Below, piece after piece: positions 1-10,246 of a DNA stretch of 64,000 bases. The notes beneath the pieces were generated by a model that was not told the DNA's origin, did no database searches, and worked only from the letters and a program-made list of their open reading frames with translations. The first letter of the stretch is position 1. Each line of letters begins with the position of its first letter. The stretch is from Myxococcota bacterium (GTDB lineage Bacteria; Myxococcota_A; UBA796; CAJQPC01): the NCBI GenBank assembly GCA_036012755.1, contig DASCPX010000157.1, positions 10,944 through 74,943 on the forward strand. The letters are read 5' to 3'. The position numbers and the translations under genes were made by a program.

Positions 1-1219
1 CGATGATCTCGTGGTCCTCCAGGACCCGGTTGGTCGCCTTGGCGTGCTCGAAGATCGTGCTGGCGAGCTCGTCGGTGGGCTCGTAGCCGTGGCTCAGGAG
101 CCAGGCGTGCACGTTGGACATGCCGCTGTAGTGGCCGACCTCGATGGTCTGGCGCAGGCCGAACCAGCCCGCTGGCACCCCCGAGTAGATGCGGTCCGCG
201 AGCCAGGCGTCGCCGCGGTTCTGGGCCTTGACGACCGCGGCGGCGTGCACGCCGGTGCCCGTGCGGAAGGCATCGCGTCCGAACACCGGGTAGCTGACCG
301 GGATCTGGACCTCGCAGGTCCTTGCCGCGATCTCGACGAGCTGCGCCAGCGACGAGAGGTCGCCCTGGTGCACCCCGAGCAGCTTCAGGTTCACCAACAG
401 CTGGTCGATCGAGGTGTTGCCGACGCGCTCGCCCATGCCGAGCACCGTGCCGTGGACCCGGTCGACGCCCGCTTCGATGGCGACCAGGGCGTTGCTCAAC
501 GCGTGCCCCCGGTCGTTGTGGCCGTGCCAGTCCAGTCGAGCCGAGTGACCCTCGCTGCGCATGATGTTGCGAGCGAAGCGGACGAGGTTGTGGACGCCGT
601 TGTGGGTCGCGTGACCGACCGTGTCGCAGAGGCAGAGGCCGTCGGCGCCCTCTTCCAGCGCCGCTCGGAACAGGCGGGCAAGCAACCTGGGGTTGGAGCG
701 CACCGTGTCTTCTGTGACGAAGGTGCAGGGAAGACCGGCGTCCTTGGCCATCTTCACTGCCGTGCGGGTGCGCTGCTCGAGCAGGGCGGCGTCCCAGCCC
801 TCGGTATACAGCCGGATGGGCGAGGCGCCGAGGAAGGCCATGACCTCGATCGGCATGCCGACCTTCTGGCTGATCTCGATGATGGGCCGGATGTCGTTCG
901 GGTGGGTCCGGGCCGCGCACTGGGCCTTGATCGACAGCCCCTCTTCCCGGATCATCGCCGCCATGATGGTGCAGTCGTCGACCGCGCGCTGCCCCGCACC
1001 GGGGAGGCCGATGTCGATGTTGTCCACCCCGAGCCCGGAGAGCAGCCGGATGATCTGCTTCTTGGCGTCGATCGGCGGATCTGTCACCGATGGGCACTGG
1101 ATGCCATCCCGCAGGGTCTCGTCGCAGTACTCCGGTCGCGACAGGGGCGGAGTGTGGGTGTCGCCCTCGACGTTCCAGTCGTAGATCAGGTCGCTCTCGG
1201 AGAGCTGCGTGTCCGACAT
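1..1219 (-). CDS. leuA: 2-isopropylmalate synthase / LeuA family (DRE-TIM), 3' end runs off window
   Basis: Not in the ORF track because there is no stop in the window. Manual translation from ATG 1219 (SD GGAGA): MSDTQLSESDLIYDWN...DETLRDGIQ...DIGLPGAG...WHGHNDRG...GMGERVGN. Directly downstream of leuB. Confidence 0.85.
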   Translation of the reverse strand, partial: MSDTQLSESDLIYDWNVEGDTHTPPLSRPEYCDETLRDGIQCPSVTDPPIDAKKQIIRLLSGLGVDNIDIGLPGAGQRAVDDCTIMAAMIREEGLSIKAQCAARTHPNDIRPIIEISQKVGMPIEVMAFLGASPIRLYTEGWDAALLEQRTRTAVKMAKDAGLPCTFVTEDTVRSNPRLLARLFRAALEEGADGLCLCDTVGHATHNGVHNLVRFARNIMRSEGHSARLDWHGHNDRGHALSNALVAIEAGVDRVHGTVLGMGERVGNTSIDQLLVNLKLLGVHQGDLSSLAQLVEIAARTCEVQIPVSYPVFGRDAFRTGTGVHAAAVVKAQNRGDAWLADRIYSGVPAGWFGLRQTIEVGHYSGMSNVHAWLLSHGYEPTDELASTIFEHAKATNRVLEDHEII

Positions 1220-1236
1220 GGTCTCTCCTGCCAGGT

Positions 1237-2283
1237 TCAGAGGGCTGCGATCACGGCGTCCCCGACCTCGGTGGTCGTGAGGGTGCCCCCCAGCTCGGGG
1301 GTGATGAGGTCGTGCGAGAGGCAGTGGCGCACCGCCAGCTCCAGCTCCTGCTCCAGCTCGGGGTGACCGAGCCATGACAGCAGCATGCCGGCGGAGAGCA
1401 CGGCGGCGAGGGGGTTCGCCTTTCCCTGGCCCGCGATGTCCGGAGCCGAGCCGTGGACCGGCTCGAACATTGCGATGCCAGCCTCGGGGTTGAGGTTGCC
1501 AGAGGCCGCGAGCCCGATGCCACCTTGGAGCTGGGCGCCGAGGTCGGTGACGATGTCGCCGAAGAGGTTGTTCGTGACTATGACCTCGAAGCGCTCGGGA
1601 GCGCGAACCATCTCCATCGCGAGGACGTCTATGAAGAGGTGGCTCGCTTCGATGTCCGGATGCTCTTCCGCCACGCTCTTGAACACCCGCTGCCAGAGAT
1701 CGTGACCATGACGCATCGCGTTGGACTTGTCGGACATGCAGACCCTGGAGAGGCCCCGGGTCGTCGCGAAGTCGAAGGCCGCGCGCACGATCCGTTCCAC
1801 GCCCTTGCGCGTGTTGAGCTCGGCTTCGATGGCGATCTCGTCGGGGGTGTCGCGCTTGAACTGGCCGCCCACGCCTGTGTAGAGCCCCTCGGTGTTCTCC
1901 CGGAAGACCGTGAAGCAGAGGTCGTCGGGGCCCTTGCCCTTGAGCGGGCAGTACCGCGCGTCCAAGAGCCGGCAGGGCCGGAGGTTGATGTAGAGATCGA
2001 GCTGGAAGCGCATTCCGAGCAGGATGTCCTTCGCGTGGACGCTGCTCTCCACGCGGGGGTCGCCGAGGGCGCCGAAGAGGATGGCGTCGTACCCCCTCAG
2101 CCCGTCCATCTCTGCTGGGGTGATGGTGACGCCCGTCCGCAGGTACCGCTCCGCGCCGTAGTCGAGCTCTTCGAAGTCCAGCCCGAGCCCGTCGCGGGCG
2201 TCGAGGTGCCGAAGGACCCGCACACCCTCTGCGCTGACCTCGTGCCCGATGCCGTCTCCGGGTATGACCGCGACGCGGGGCAT
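1237..2283 (-). CDS. leuB: 3-isopropylmalate dehydrogenase (isocitrate/isopropylmalate DH family)
   Basis: VIPGDGIGHEV, RENTEGLY, NLFGDIVTD and FEPVHGSAPDIAGQGKANP motifs; adjacent to leuA. Confidence 0.85.
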   Translation of the reverse strand: MPRVAVIPGDGIGHEVSAEGVRVLRHLDARDGLGLDFEELDYGAERYLRTGVTITPAEMDGLRGYDAILFGALGDPRVESSVHAKDILLGMRFQLDLYINLRPCRLLDARYCPLKGKGPDDLCFTVFRENTEGLYTGVGGQFKRDTPDEIAIEAELNTRKGVERIVRAAFDFATTRGLSRVCMSDKSNAMRHGHDLWQRVFKSVAEEHPDIEASHLFIDVLAMEMVRAPERFEVIVTNNLFGDIVTDLGAQLQGGIGLAASGNLNPEAGIAMFEPVHGSAPDIAGQGKANPLAAVLSAGMLLSWLGHPELEQELELAVRHCLSHDLITPELGGTLTTTEVGDAVIAAL

Positions 2284-2381
2284 ATGCACTCCGAGGTGGG
2301 CCGTTGTCTATCGCAGAGGAGTTTCCATGGCCATCCCGGCGCGTTGACGGCGCTCGATCCTGGTGCGAGGATCCAAGCCTC

Positions 2382-3608
2382 ATGAGCGCGTGGCAGGTGA
2401 AGACCGAGGCGGGCAACCGCAAGGTCGAGGACATTGAAGCGCTTCGCGCCCTCGTGGTCACCGGCGATGTCCTCGCCGACACGAAGGTGCGAAAGGGAAC
2501 CCGGGGCCGTTGGCGCCTCGCCGGGGACGTGCCCGAGCTCGTCGACTGCTTCCCGACCGATGCTGATGACGAGGACGACCCCTGGGCAGCCTGGGACGAC
2601 GAGCTCGACGAGGACGTTCGGGACGAGGTCACCAGCGGGGCGGACGAGACCGAGGAGGTCCCGGATTCCACCGTGGACGACGACTCGAGCATCGAGGTCT
2701 CGGTCGATGACCTGGTGGCCGAGCGCCCGAAGCTCACCGGTGACAAGAAGAAGAAGGCGGCGAAGCCTCCAGAGGTCGGAGACCGCAAGGAGCCGAGGGT
2801 CGTGGTCGACAGCAAGGCCGAAGCGCCTCAGGAGAAGGCCCCGCCTCCCCCCGAGCGGGGCATGGTGATCGACTTTCCGGAGGGCGGACGCCGCCGGACG
2901 CGGCCTGTGCGCACCTCCGCCCAGCCCGCCGCGCGTCACGACGCGGCTGCGGAGCCTCGCAGGCGCCCCCAGCCGAGCCCCCTCGACAGCATTCGCGGGC
3001 GCTACTTCGGCTACCTGTTCTTCGTCGCGGTCGCCTGCCTCGGCGTCGGCATCGGGGTCTGGTACATCTGGTCTGTCGCTACCTGGAGCAGCTCTGATCC
3101 GCTGGGTCACAGCCTCGGACGCGAGGCCCCCAAGACCGTCGCGGAGACCGTGGTCGAGCCCGTCGTGCCCTTCGAAGAGCCCGCCGAGGAGGGTGATGCG
3201 CTCCAGCCGGTGCTCGAGTCGCTGAAGGCGGAGATGGTCCACGAGATCGCCGAGCTGCCGCCCAACGACATCACTTCGCTCGAGGACGCCACGTTCTTCG
3301 AGCTGATGAAGCTGGTGAACGTGAAGGAACAGGACATCGAAGTCCTCACCTGGGGGCCGGATGGCATGCCGGAGCAGGTGGCCTTCGAGGTCAAGCTCCG
3401 GACGGCCGGAGACCCACAGCGCGAGCTCGGTGCGGTGGCGCTGGTCTATGGCAAGTACGTCGACCACTACGAGTTCATCGTGCGGGGCTTCAACGTCACG
3501 CGGGTCGACGAGGCGGCAGGGACGGCCGGAACCTACACCATCGACCCAGACAAGGCCGTGAGCCTCTACCGGGACGAGATCGGCCTCATGGAAGCGCTCT
3601 CCGACTAG
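2382..3608 (+). CDS. hypothetical bitopic membrane protein (small N-terminal domain, acidic/Pro-rich linker, one TM helix, C-terminal extracytoplasmic domain)
   Basis: Coding-like ORF with TM segment YFGYLFFVAVACLGVGIGVWYIW. Start taken at ATG 2382 (uncertain). Confidence 0.7.
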   Translation: MSAWQVKTEAGNRKVEDIEALRALVVTGDVLADTKVRKGTRGRWRLAGDVPELVDCFPTDADDEDDPWAAWDDELDEDVRDEVTSGADETEEVPDSTVDDDSSIEVSVDDLVAERPKLTGDKKKKAAKPPEVGDRKEPRVVVDSKAEAPQEKAPPPPERGMVIDFPEGGRRRTRPVRTSAQPAARHDAAAEPRRRPQPSPLDSIRGRYFGYLFFVAVACLGVGIGVWYIWSVATWSSSDPLGHSLGREAPKTVAETVVEPVVPFEEPAEEGDALQPVLESLKAEMVHEIAELPPNDITSLEDATFFELMKLVNVKEQDIEVLTWGPDGMPEQVAFEVKLRTAGDPQRELGAVALVYGKYVDHYEFIVRGFNVTRVDEAAGTAGTYTIDPDKAVSLYRDEIGLMEALSD

Positions 3609-3623
3609 CAGGAGCGCGCGGAG

Positions 3624-4154
3624 CTACATGCCCGCGCGGGTGGCCTGCTGGAGAGCCTCGATGCTGCGTACGATCGCCGCGGCTGGGGGAGCCCCGCGGT
3701 TCGCCAGGCGGATCTTGCGCTCCGGGTTCACCAGGTAGACCGTGCGCAGGACCAGCGTCGAGAAAGGCAGGTGGAGCGCTGCCTTGAACTGGCGGGCGAC
3801 GACTCCACCCCGGTCGGTGAGGAGGGGAAACTCCAGATCGAGCTTGCGGGCGAAGGCCTCGTGGCTGTCCGCTTCTGCGGGGTTGACGCCGTAGACCCTG
3901 GCGCCCAGCTCGCCCAGGCGCCCGTGGAGTTCTCGGTAGTCACGAAGCTGGGCGGTGCAGCCTGGCGTGTCGTCCATCGGGTAGAAGACCATCACCGTCC
4001 ACTTGCGGTTGTTGTGGCGGTGCCAGCTGCCGTCCCAGCTCTGGAGGTGCCACTCCGGCACCGTCTCGCCCTCGGCGAGCAGCGGCGGGTAGATCCTGCG
4101 CTTGAGCGCTTCCTTGACCGGGGTCGGCAGTGCGCCCCTGAGCTCTCTGATCAT
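3624..4154 (-). CDS. peroxiredoxin, BCP/PrxQ type
   Basis: FYPMDDTPGCT peroxidatic motif and FPLLTD; last gene of the mevalonate operon (ATGA overlap). Confidence 0.85.
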   Translation of the reverse strand: MIRELRGALPTPVKEALKRRIYPPLLAEGETVPEWHLQSWDGSWHRHNNRKWTVMVFYPMDDTPGCTAQLRDYRELHGRLGELGARVYGVNPAEADSHEAFARKLDLEFPLLTDRGGVVARQFKAALHLPFSTLVLRTVYLVNPERKIRLANRGAPPAAAIVRSIEALQQATRAGM

Positions 4155-5185
4155 GCGAGATGTCTAACCAGCTCCAAGAGCCCGGCTTCGAAGCGCGCCT
4201 CTCGATCCACACCAGCGAGGTCGTCGCAAGCCACCAGCCGATCCCGCTCCAGGGTGGTCTGGCCACAGAAGACCCAGGCGTCAGCTGCACGCCCGAGCAC
4301 CTCTCCGACGACCTTGCCCTCCAGCGAGGTCGGGTCGAAGCGACCTTCGCCGGTGAGGACGAGTTCGTGGTCGTGTATGTGCCGGTCGAGCTCGAGTGCC
4401 CGGGCAGCGGCAGCGGCGCCAGCGACGATCCGGGCGCCGAGGAGGGCCTCGAGGGCCCAGCCGACCCCTCCGGCGGCGCCTCCGTAGACGCGGTCCACCG
4501 CCAACTCCGGGAGCTCGTGGCGGCGTCTCCAGGCAGAGACGACCTCGTGCCAGTGGGCGAGGCCATGGCTCACGCGCTCGATGCTCAGCTCGTCAGCCCC
4601 CTTTTGAGGCCCGAAGACACGGGCGCTCTCGAGAAAAGGGGTCCGAACGTCGGCCCAGACCTGGACGACTCGGCCGGAAAGTGGCGGTGCTCCGCGGATC
4701 GCCTCGACGCGCTCCAGGTCGGCTGCTGAAGGAAGGGGCGTATCGACCCCCTCCAGCACCAGCCCGAGACCCTTCGCCAGGCCCAGGCCGCCATCCATCG
4801 TCCCGCTCCCGCCGAGGCCGACCACGAAGGGCCCATCGGTGTTCGAGTTCAGGCGCCTGAGCGCTTGCCCGAGCCCGATCGAGGAGGCGGTGAGCGGGTC
4901 CTCGCACCAGCGCGAGCCGATGGCCCTGGCGCTCTCGAGGAAGGTGTGGCCGGCCATCTTCAAGGCGAGCGGGCGCACGTCCTGGCCGCCGGGCCCCGTG
5001 ACGGCGAGCGGGAGAGTTCCGGAAGACAGCGACTTGAGCGCCAACGCGGCCCCTTCGCCCCCGTCGGTCAGGGGGAGCTCGGTGACGAAGTGTCCGGCCT
5101 CGCGCAAGGCCTCTGCGGTGCGCCGGGCGATGGTCGGGGCAGACGCGAAGCCGCCCCAGCTGTCAGGCGCGACCAGGACCTTCAC
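4151..5185 (-). CDS. glycerate kinase family (GlxK/GarK-like)
   Basis: VLVAPDS, LTDGGEG, GLGGSGTMDGG, FGPQKGA, GAAGGVG and TGEGRFD...GKV motifs. Confidence 0.85.
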   Translation of the reverse strand: MKVLVAPDSWGGFASAPTIARRTAEALREAGHFVTELPLTDGGEGAALALKSLSSGTLPLAVTGPGGQDVRPLALKMAGHTFLESARAIGSRWCEDPLTASSIGLGQALRRLNSNTDGPFVVGLGGSGTMDGGLGLAKGLGLVLEGVDTPLPSAADLERVEAIRGAPPLSGRVVQVWADVRTPFLESARVFGPQKGADELSIERVSHGLAHWHEVVSAWRRRHELPELAVDRVYGGAAGGVGWALEALLGARIVAGAAAAARALELDRHIHDHELVLTGEGRFDPTSLEGKVVGEVLGRAADAWVFCGQTTLERDRLVACDDLAGVDREARFEAGLLELVRHLA

Positions 5186-6264
5186 GGCAGGCGCTGAAAC
5201 AGGGGGCTGTCGGAGGGGACCCAGCGATGCAGGCGGGCGCCCAGCACCAGGGGTCTCTCACGCAGCTCGTCGCTCGTTCGCGCACCGGAGAGCAGGTAGG
5301 CCAGCCGGAGCTCCGCGATGACCTGGCGCAGGCGGGCGTCCAGCGCATCGATCCCTCCCTGGGCCAGGGCCTGAAGGAGCGGTCGAGCCATGCCGGCACA
5401 AGTGGCTCCCAGTGCGATGGCGCGCGCCACCGAGAGGCCGCTGTCCACGCCTCCGGTCGCGCAGATCGACAACCCGAGGCCGCTCAGCTGCGCCACGCTC
5501 GCCGCGGTGGGGATGCCCCAGTCCCAGAAACAACGACCGAGGGCAGCCTGGTCGTCCTGCGCCCGCAGGGTCTCGACGCCGACCCAGCTGGTACCCCCGG
5601 CCCCGGAGGTGTCGACGTGCTCGACGCCGATGGCCGCCACACGCTCGCCGACGCTGCGGGACAGCCCACAGCCCGTCTCCTTCACCACCACGGGCACGTC
5701 GAGCTCGGCGACGAGTCGTGCCAGGGTCTCCAGTCCGCCCCGGAAGTCCCGATCGCCCTGGTGTTGGATGGCCTCCATCGCCGGGTTGAGGTGCACGACC
5801 AAGGCGTCAGCGCCGCAGCGATCGACCATGCGCGCGAGCTCCGCGCTTGGCGTACGGTGGGCCTGCACGGCGCCGATGTTGCCGAGCACGAGCGCCGTCG
5901 GCGCGACATCGCGGATGTGGTAGCCGGCCTCGATGCCTTCCGCGAGCAGGGGCCTCTGGCTGCCGAAGCCGAAGCCGATGCCGTGCTCCTCGGCCATGAG
6001 CGCGAGGTCCCTGTTGATCGCCTCGGCTTGTTGGGTGCCCCCCGTCATCGCCGCGATGAACAGCGGCGCGCGGAGCTCCTTGCCGCAGAAGGTCGTGCCC
6101 AGGTCGACGTCGCCCGCGGCCATCTCCGGAAGGGCGTCGTGGATCAGTTCGACCTCTTCCAAGAGCGTCGTCTTGCCTCGGAAGGCGACCTCGTCTGTCT
6201 CGCAGAGCTCGAGGTGCTCGGACTTGCGGGCTGAGATCGCGCCGGTCTTGTCGTCGTCAGGCAT
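5182..6264 (-). CDS. fni: type 2 (FMN-dependent) isopentenyl-diphosphate delta-isomerase
   Basis: RKSEH, AMTGG, GSQR, HLNPAME, VKETGCG and GAGGTSW motifs; in the mevalonate operon. Confidence 0.95.
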   Translation of the reverse strand: MPDDDKTGAISARKSEHLELCETDEVAFRGKTTLLEEVELIHDALPEMAAGDVDLGTTFCGKELRAPLFIAAMTGGTQQAEAINRDLALMAEEHGIGFGFGSQRPLLAEGIEAGYHIRDVAPTALVLGNIGAVQAHRTPSAELARMVDRCGADALVVHLNPAMEAIQHQGDRDFRGGLETLARLVAELDVPVVVKETGCGLSRSVGERVAAIGVEHVDTSGAGGTSWVGVETLRAQDDQAALGRCFWDWGIPTAASVAQLSGLGLSICATGGVDSGLSVARAIALGATCAGMARPLLQALAQGGIDALDARLRQVIAELRLAYLLSGARTSDELRERPLVLGARLHRWVPSDSPLFQRLP

Positions 6265-7090
6265 CGTCGCTCACCCCGTCAACGATCCTCACCGGGACCG
6301 GGAGCAGTCCCTCTAACGCGCAGGCTGCGGCGAAGGCCTCGCGTGTCGCCGAGGGCAACAGCGCGACCGCGACGTCGCCGCCGCCTGCCCCCGAGGGTTT
6401 GGCGGATCCGCCATGCAGCTCGGCGAGCTCGTGGATTCGCCGGTGACCCTCTGTGAGGTAGTCGATGCCTGCCATCTCGCCCATCTCGCAGAGGAGCCGG
6501 AAGGCCTCTCTCAGCGCTTCGATCGGGGCCTGGGCGAAGCCCTCGACGAGGGCGGCGCTGGCGTCGACGAAGGCCTCTCGGGTCGCCCACTGCTGGTAGC
6601 GCCGGACCCGCGGACCGGTGGATGCGCTCCTTCCGGACCACACGGCCAGCAGCTCCGGCTCCTCCAGCCGCTCGCCGATGAGTTCGCCCTGGTAGCGACG
6701 CAGTCCGCCGGTGGCCGACGCCCGCACGTCCACCCCCGAGCCGGAGCCCTGGACCGCTCGATGGATGCGCACCATCTGCTCGACATCGGTGCAGCCCCCG
6801 GCCACGGCCGCGGCGACCACCGCGGCGGAGCTGCCGCCGAAGCCGCCCTTGTCGGGGAGCTCCGGCGCGTTCCAGTCGGAGAAACGGTACGAGGCGCGGG
6901 GAGCGTCGATGGCTCCGAGGGCTGCCCGCACGAAGGTGTCGTCACCAGGGGTCTCGATGCAGTCGCCCTCTGAGACGGCGCAGGCCACGCCCCGGTCGAC
7001 AGCCGCCACGATGGCGGGAGCTCCGTCCAGCACTGCGTACTCGCCGAGGACGAAGAGCTTGCCCGGCGCTCGGACGACGCGCGCCCTCAC
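6257..7090 (-). CDS. phosphomevalonate kinase (GHMP kinase)
   Basis: Real start is GTG 7090, overlapping the mvaD stop. PGKLFVLGEYAVL, KGGFGGSSAA, GSGVDV and KPSGAGGGD motifs; lies between mvaD and fni. Confidence 0.85.
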   Translation of the reverse strand: MRARVVRAPGKLFVLGEYAVLDGAPAIVAAVDRGVACAVSEGDCIETPGDDTFVRAALGAIDAPRASYRFSDWNAPELPDKGGFGGSSAAVVAAAVAGGCTDVEQMVRIHRAVQGSGSGVDVRASATGGLRRYQGELIGERLEEPELLAVWSGRSASTGPRVRRYQQWATREAFVDASAALVEGFAQAPIEALREAFRLLCEMGEMAGIDYLTEGHRRIHELAELHGGSAKPSGAGGGDVAVALLPSATREAFAAACALEGLLPVPVRIVDGVSDDA

Positions 7091-8037
7091 ACGAGACGAG
7101 GTGGGCCCCCTGGCGCCAGGATCTCGACTTGCTGGACGAAGGTGCCGAGGGTGTGAGCTACCCGCCCCGCGTCGTGAGCCTCGCAGAGCACCTTCATGTT
7201 CGGCCCCGCGTCCATGGTCCACCAGGCACCCACGCCCTTCGACCGCAAGCCCTCGATCGCGTCCATCAGCGCCACCGAGGCTCCCCGCCAGTACCGGATG
7301 GGCGGGTCGCTGGTCATCATGGTCGCGTGCATCTTCAGGGTGGAGCGCTCCATCGCGGCTCCGAGCGCCCCCAGGTCCTTGTCGAGGACGCCCTGGCGAG
7401 CCTGCGACAGGTCCCGCTCGTAGCTGGCGACCCACGCGGCGTACATCGGACTCGTCGCCATCGTTCGGAGCATGCCCTCTGTGGAGCCCACCTTCTTCCG
7501 GCCGCCGTGGACGACGGCGACGACCATGCGCACGTCCCAGTGCTCGGGCGGCGCCAGGTGGACCCCGTGGGAGTCGTTCCCGTCCGGCTCGCTGCCTCGG
7601 CGCCACTCGACCCAGCCACCCCAGATGCTGCGACAAGCGCTGCCGGAGCCGCGGCGCGCCAGCACGGAGAGCTCCTCTGGCGTGAGCTCGTGACCTCCCT
7701 CCGCCATCGCCGCGACCGTCAGCGCCGAGAACGCGGAGGAGCTGGAGGCGAGACCAGCGGCGGCTGGGAAGTTGCTCTCGCTGACGACCTGGGCCGGCCT
7801 TCGACCTGGCAGGATGAGGTCGAGGTGCTCGAAGACGCGGAACGCCTCGCCGCCGGTGACCGTTCGGCCATTGATGACCAGCAGGTCCATCTCGACGCCG
7901 AGATCCACCCGAGTCCGGGTCTGGAACTTGTCCAGCGTGAGCGAGATCGAGGACGTCGACGGGAGGTTGAGCTCCCGGTCCCTCTTGCCCCAGTACTTGA
8001 CGAGGGCGATGTTCGGATGGGCGATCGCGGTAGCCAT
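7087..8037 (-). CDS. mvaD: diphosphomevalonate decarboxylase
   Basis: NIALVKYWGKRD, FPAAAGLASSSS, RRGSGSACRS and TMDAGPN motifs. Confidence 0.95.
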   Translation of the reverse strand: MATAIAHPNIALVKYWGKRDRELNLPSTSSISLTLDKFQTRTRVDLGVEMDLLVINGRTVTGGEAFRVFEHLDLILPGRRPAQVVSESNFPAAAGLASSSSAFSALTVAAMAEGGHELTPEELSVLARRGSGSACRSIWGGWVEWRRGSEPDGNDSHGVHLAPPEHWDVRMVVAVVHGGRKKVGSTEGMLRTMATSPMYAAWVASYERDLSQARQGVLDKDLGALGAAMERSTLKMHATMMTSDPPIRYWRGASVALMDAIEGLRSKGVGAWWTMDAGPNMKVLCEAHDAGRVAHTLGTFVQQVEILAPGGPPRLV

Positions 8038-8912
8038 CAGGGTTCCGTCGCGTGGGCGTCCTGCCCCCCGCAGGGGATCGTGCAGCGAAATGCGTGGATA
8101 CCACGCGCTCGGGCGGCGCGGAGTGTGTCTTGTCCTCCGCCGGGGCAGAGGGCCAGGACCACCCCTCCTCCTCCGGCCCCGGAGAGCTTGGCTCCCAGTG
8201 CCCCGTTGCGGCGCGCGAGACCCACGAGCTCGTCCAGCTTCGGGGTGCTCACGCCGATCGCGGCGAGGTGCGCGTGGGCCTCGTCCATGGCCTCCCCGAG
8301 GGCGCGAGCGTCGTCGAGGTGGGGGAGGGAGCGCTCGACGAGCTCGCCGAGTCGATCGAGCACCGGGTCTATGGCCGGACGGCGCGCGGCGACACCCGCG
8401 ACGAGCTCTGCTGTGTTTCCCGCGGTCCCGGAGTCGAGGACGACCACCGTGCTCGGCGGCATCGAAACGGACCTGGGCTTCTTCCCGCGCCGGTAGACCA
8501 GCGCACCTTCAGAGGCCGAGACCGCGTGGTCGATGCCGCTGGGCTGTCCGTGGAAGATCTGCTCCAGCGCAAAGCCCTCGGCGTGCAGCCAGGTGAAGTC
8601 GGGCTCGATGCCCTCCAGCGCCGCGCGCAGTCGCAAGAGGGCGATCGAGAGCGAGGCGGACGAGCCCATGCCCCGCCCGATCGGGAGGTCGGTGGCGATG
8701 TCGACCCGGTAGCCCCGGCTCGGGAGCGCCAGCGCAAGGGCGGCGTCGAGGCGGTCGTCACGGATCGCGCTCTCCCCGAGCACGGTGAGCCCCTCGTGGG
8801 GCCGGAGCGTCACGGTGGTGCGCAGCGACACGGCGGCGGCAAGCGCGCGGTGACCGTAGACCACCGAGTGTTCGCCAAGGACGATGAGCTTGCCGGGGGC
8901 CGAGGCCCTCAC
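8037..8912 (-). CDS. mvk: mevalonate kinase
   Basis: PGKLIVLGEHSVVYG, PIGRGMGSSA, HGQPSGID and KLSGAGGGG motifs. Confidence 0.92.
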   Translation of the reverse strand: MRASAPGKLIVLGEHSVVYGHRALAAAVSLRTTVTLRPHEGLTVLGESAIRDDRLDAALALALPSRGYRVDIATDLPIGRGMGSSASLSIALLRLRAALEGIEPDFTWLHAEGFALEQIFHGQPSGIDHAVSASEGALVYRRGKKPRSVSMPPSTVVVLDSGTAGNTAELVAGVAARRPAIDPVLDRLGELVERSLPHLDDARALGEAMDEAHAHLAAIGVSTPKLDELVGLARRNGALGAKLSGAGGGGVVLALCPGGGQDTLRAARARGIHAFRCTIPCGGQDAHATEP

Positions 8913-10180
8913 TGCAGCTCTGCCAGGATGCGCCGGGCCCGCTCGACGGAGAAGTCCTGCGCCTCGAAGAGCCCCGCGGCGACTCGGGGGACCTGGTCGG
9001 GGCGGGCTCCGGCGCTGGCCGCCACGGCTCGAGCGTGCATGCGCATGTGGCCTTGCTGGATGCCCTCTGTCGCCAGGGCGCGCAGCGCACCGAGGTTCTG
9101 CGCGAGTCCAACCGCGGCCATCAGCGCCGCGAGGTCACGGGCCTTGGTCACGCCCATGAGCTCGAGGTTCGACTTCGCCGTGGGATGAACGCGAATCGGA
9201 CCGCCGACGGTGCCCACCTGGAGCGGGAGCTCGAGCTCCCCAGTGAGCATGCCGTCCTCGACCGTCCAGCGGGAGAGGCTGCGGTACTGCCCGTCCCGAG
9301 AGGCCCAGGCGTGGGCGCCGGCTTCGATGGCTCGCCAGTCGTTGCCGGTGGCGATGGCGACGGCGTCGATGCCGTTCATGATGCCCTTGTTGTGGGTGGC
9401 GGCCCGGTGGGGGTCGGCGTAGGCGAAGCGGTAGGCCGCGGCGATGCCCTCTGCGACCTCCTCGCCGCCGAGGTCACCGTGGTCGAGGTGCTCCGGGCGC
9501 AGCCGGACCCTGGCCCTGGCCAGGCGCCTGTCCGCCAGGTTCGAGAGGATGCGCACGCCGACGCGCTCGCCTGTGATGCGCTCGACGGCGGGGGCGAGAC
9601 GTTCGGCGATGGTGTTCACCATGTTGGCGCCCATCGCATCCACGCAGTCGAGGTGGAAGTGGAGGACGACGAAGGTCTCCGGCGCTTGACCGGGCTCGTC
9701 GTAGCGCACGAGATGGACGTCCATGCCGCGCAGCCCGCCGCCGCGCTCTTCGAGCCGGGGATGAACGCCCCTGGCAAGGGGCTCGAGCTCGCAGATGCCC
9801 TCCCGCAGCCGTTCCGCGGCAACTCGGACGTCTCCCTTGCAGATGACCTGCACCTGCCCGGTCATGACGCTGTCGTCGGCCTCTGCGTGGATGCCTCCGG
9901 CCGTCCGCGTCAAGCGGGCCATGTTCGACACCGCGGCCACGACGCTGGGCTCCTCGACGACCATCGGCACGACCACGTCCCGACCATTCACGAGGAGGTT
10001 GATGCCCACAGCGTTGGGCAACCCGAAGGTGCAGATGACGTTCTCCACCATCAGGTCGGCGGTCTTCAGGTCGAGCGAGGCGCTCCGGTAGCTCTCCAAG
10101 TCGATCCCGAGCGCCTCCTCGAGAGCGCCGAGACGGGCCTCGGGGGGGAGCCGGTAAAAGCCGGGGATGCGACTGCCCAT
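8909..10180 (-). CDS. mvaA: class II hydroxymethylglutaryl-CoA reductase
   Basis: Start MGSRIPGFY at 10180; ENVI, PMVVEEPSVVAA, DAMGANMVN, THNKGIMNG and EGIQQGHMRMH motifs. Confidence 0.95.
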   Translation of the reverse strand: MGSRIPGFYRLPPEARLGALEEALGIDLESYRSASLDLKTADLMVENVICTFGLPNAVGINLLVNGRDVVVPMVVEEPSVVAAVSNMARLTRTAGGIHAEADDSVMTGQVQVICKGDVRVAAERLREGICELEPLARGVHPRLEERGGGLRGMDVHLVRYDEPGQAPETFVVLHFHLDCVDAMGANMVNTIAERLAPAVERITGERVGVRILSNLADRRLARARVRLRPEHLDHGDLGGEEVAEGIAAAYRFAYADPHRAATHNKGIMNGIDAVAIATGNDWRAIEAGAHAWASRDGQYRSLSRWTVEDGMLTGELELPLQVGTVGGPIRVHPTAKSNLELMGVTKARDLAALMAAVGLAQNLGALRALATEGIQQGHMRMHARAVAASAGARPDQVPRVAAGLFEAQDFSVERARRILAELQ

Positions 10181-10246
10181 TGGGCGCGAGATAGCAACCG
10201 TGGCCGCCCAAAGCAAGGGTGGAGACGCCCGTGATAGCGTGGCGGA

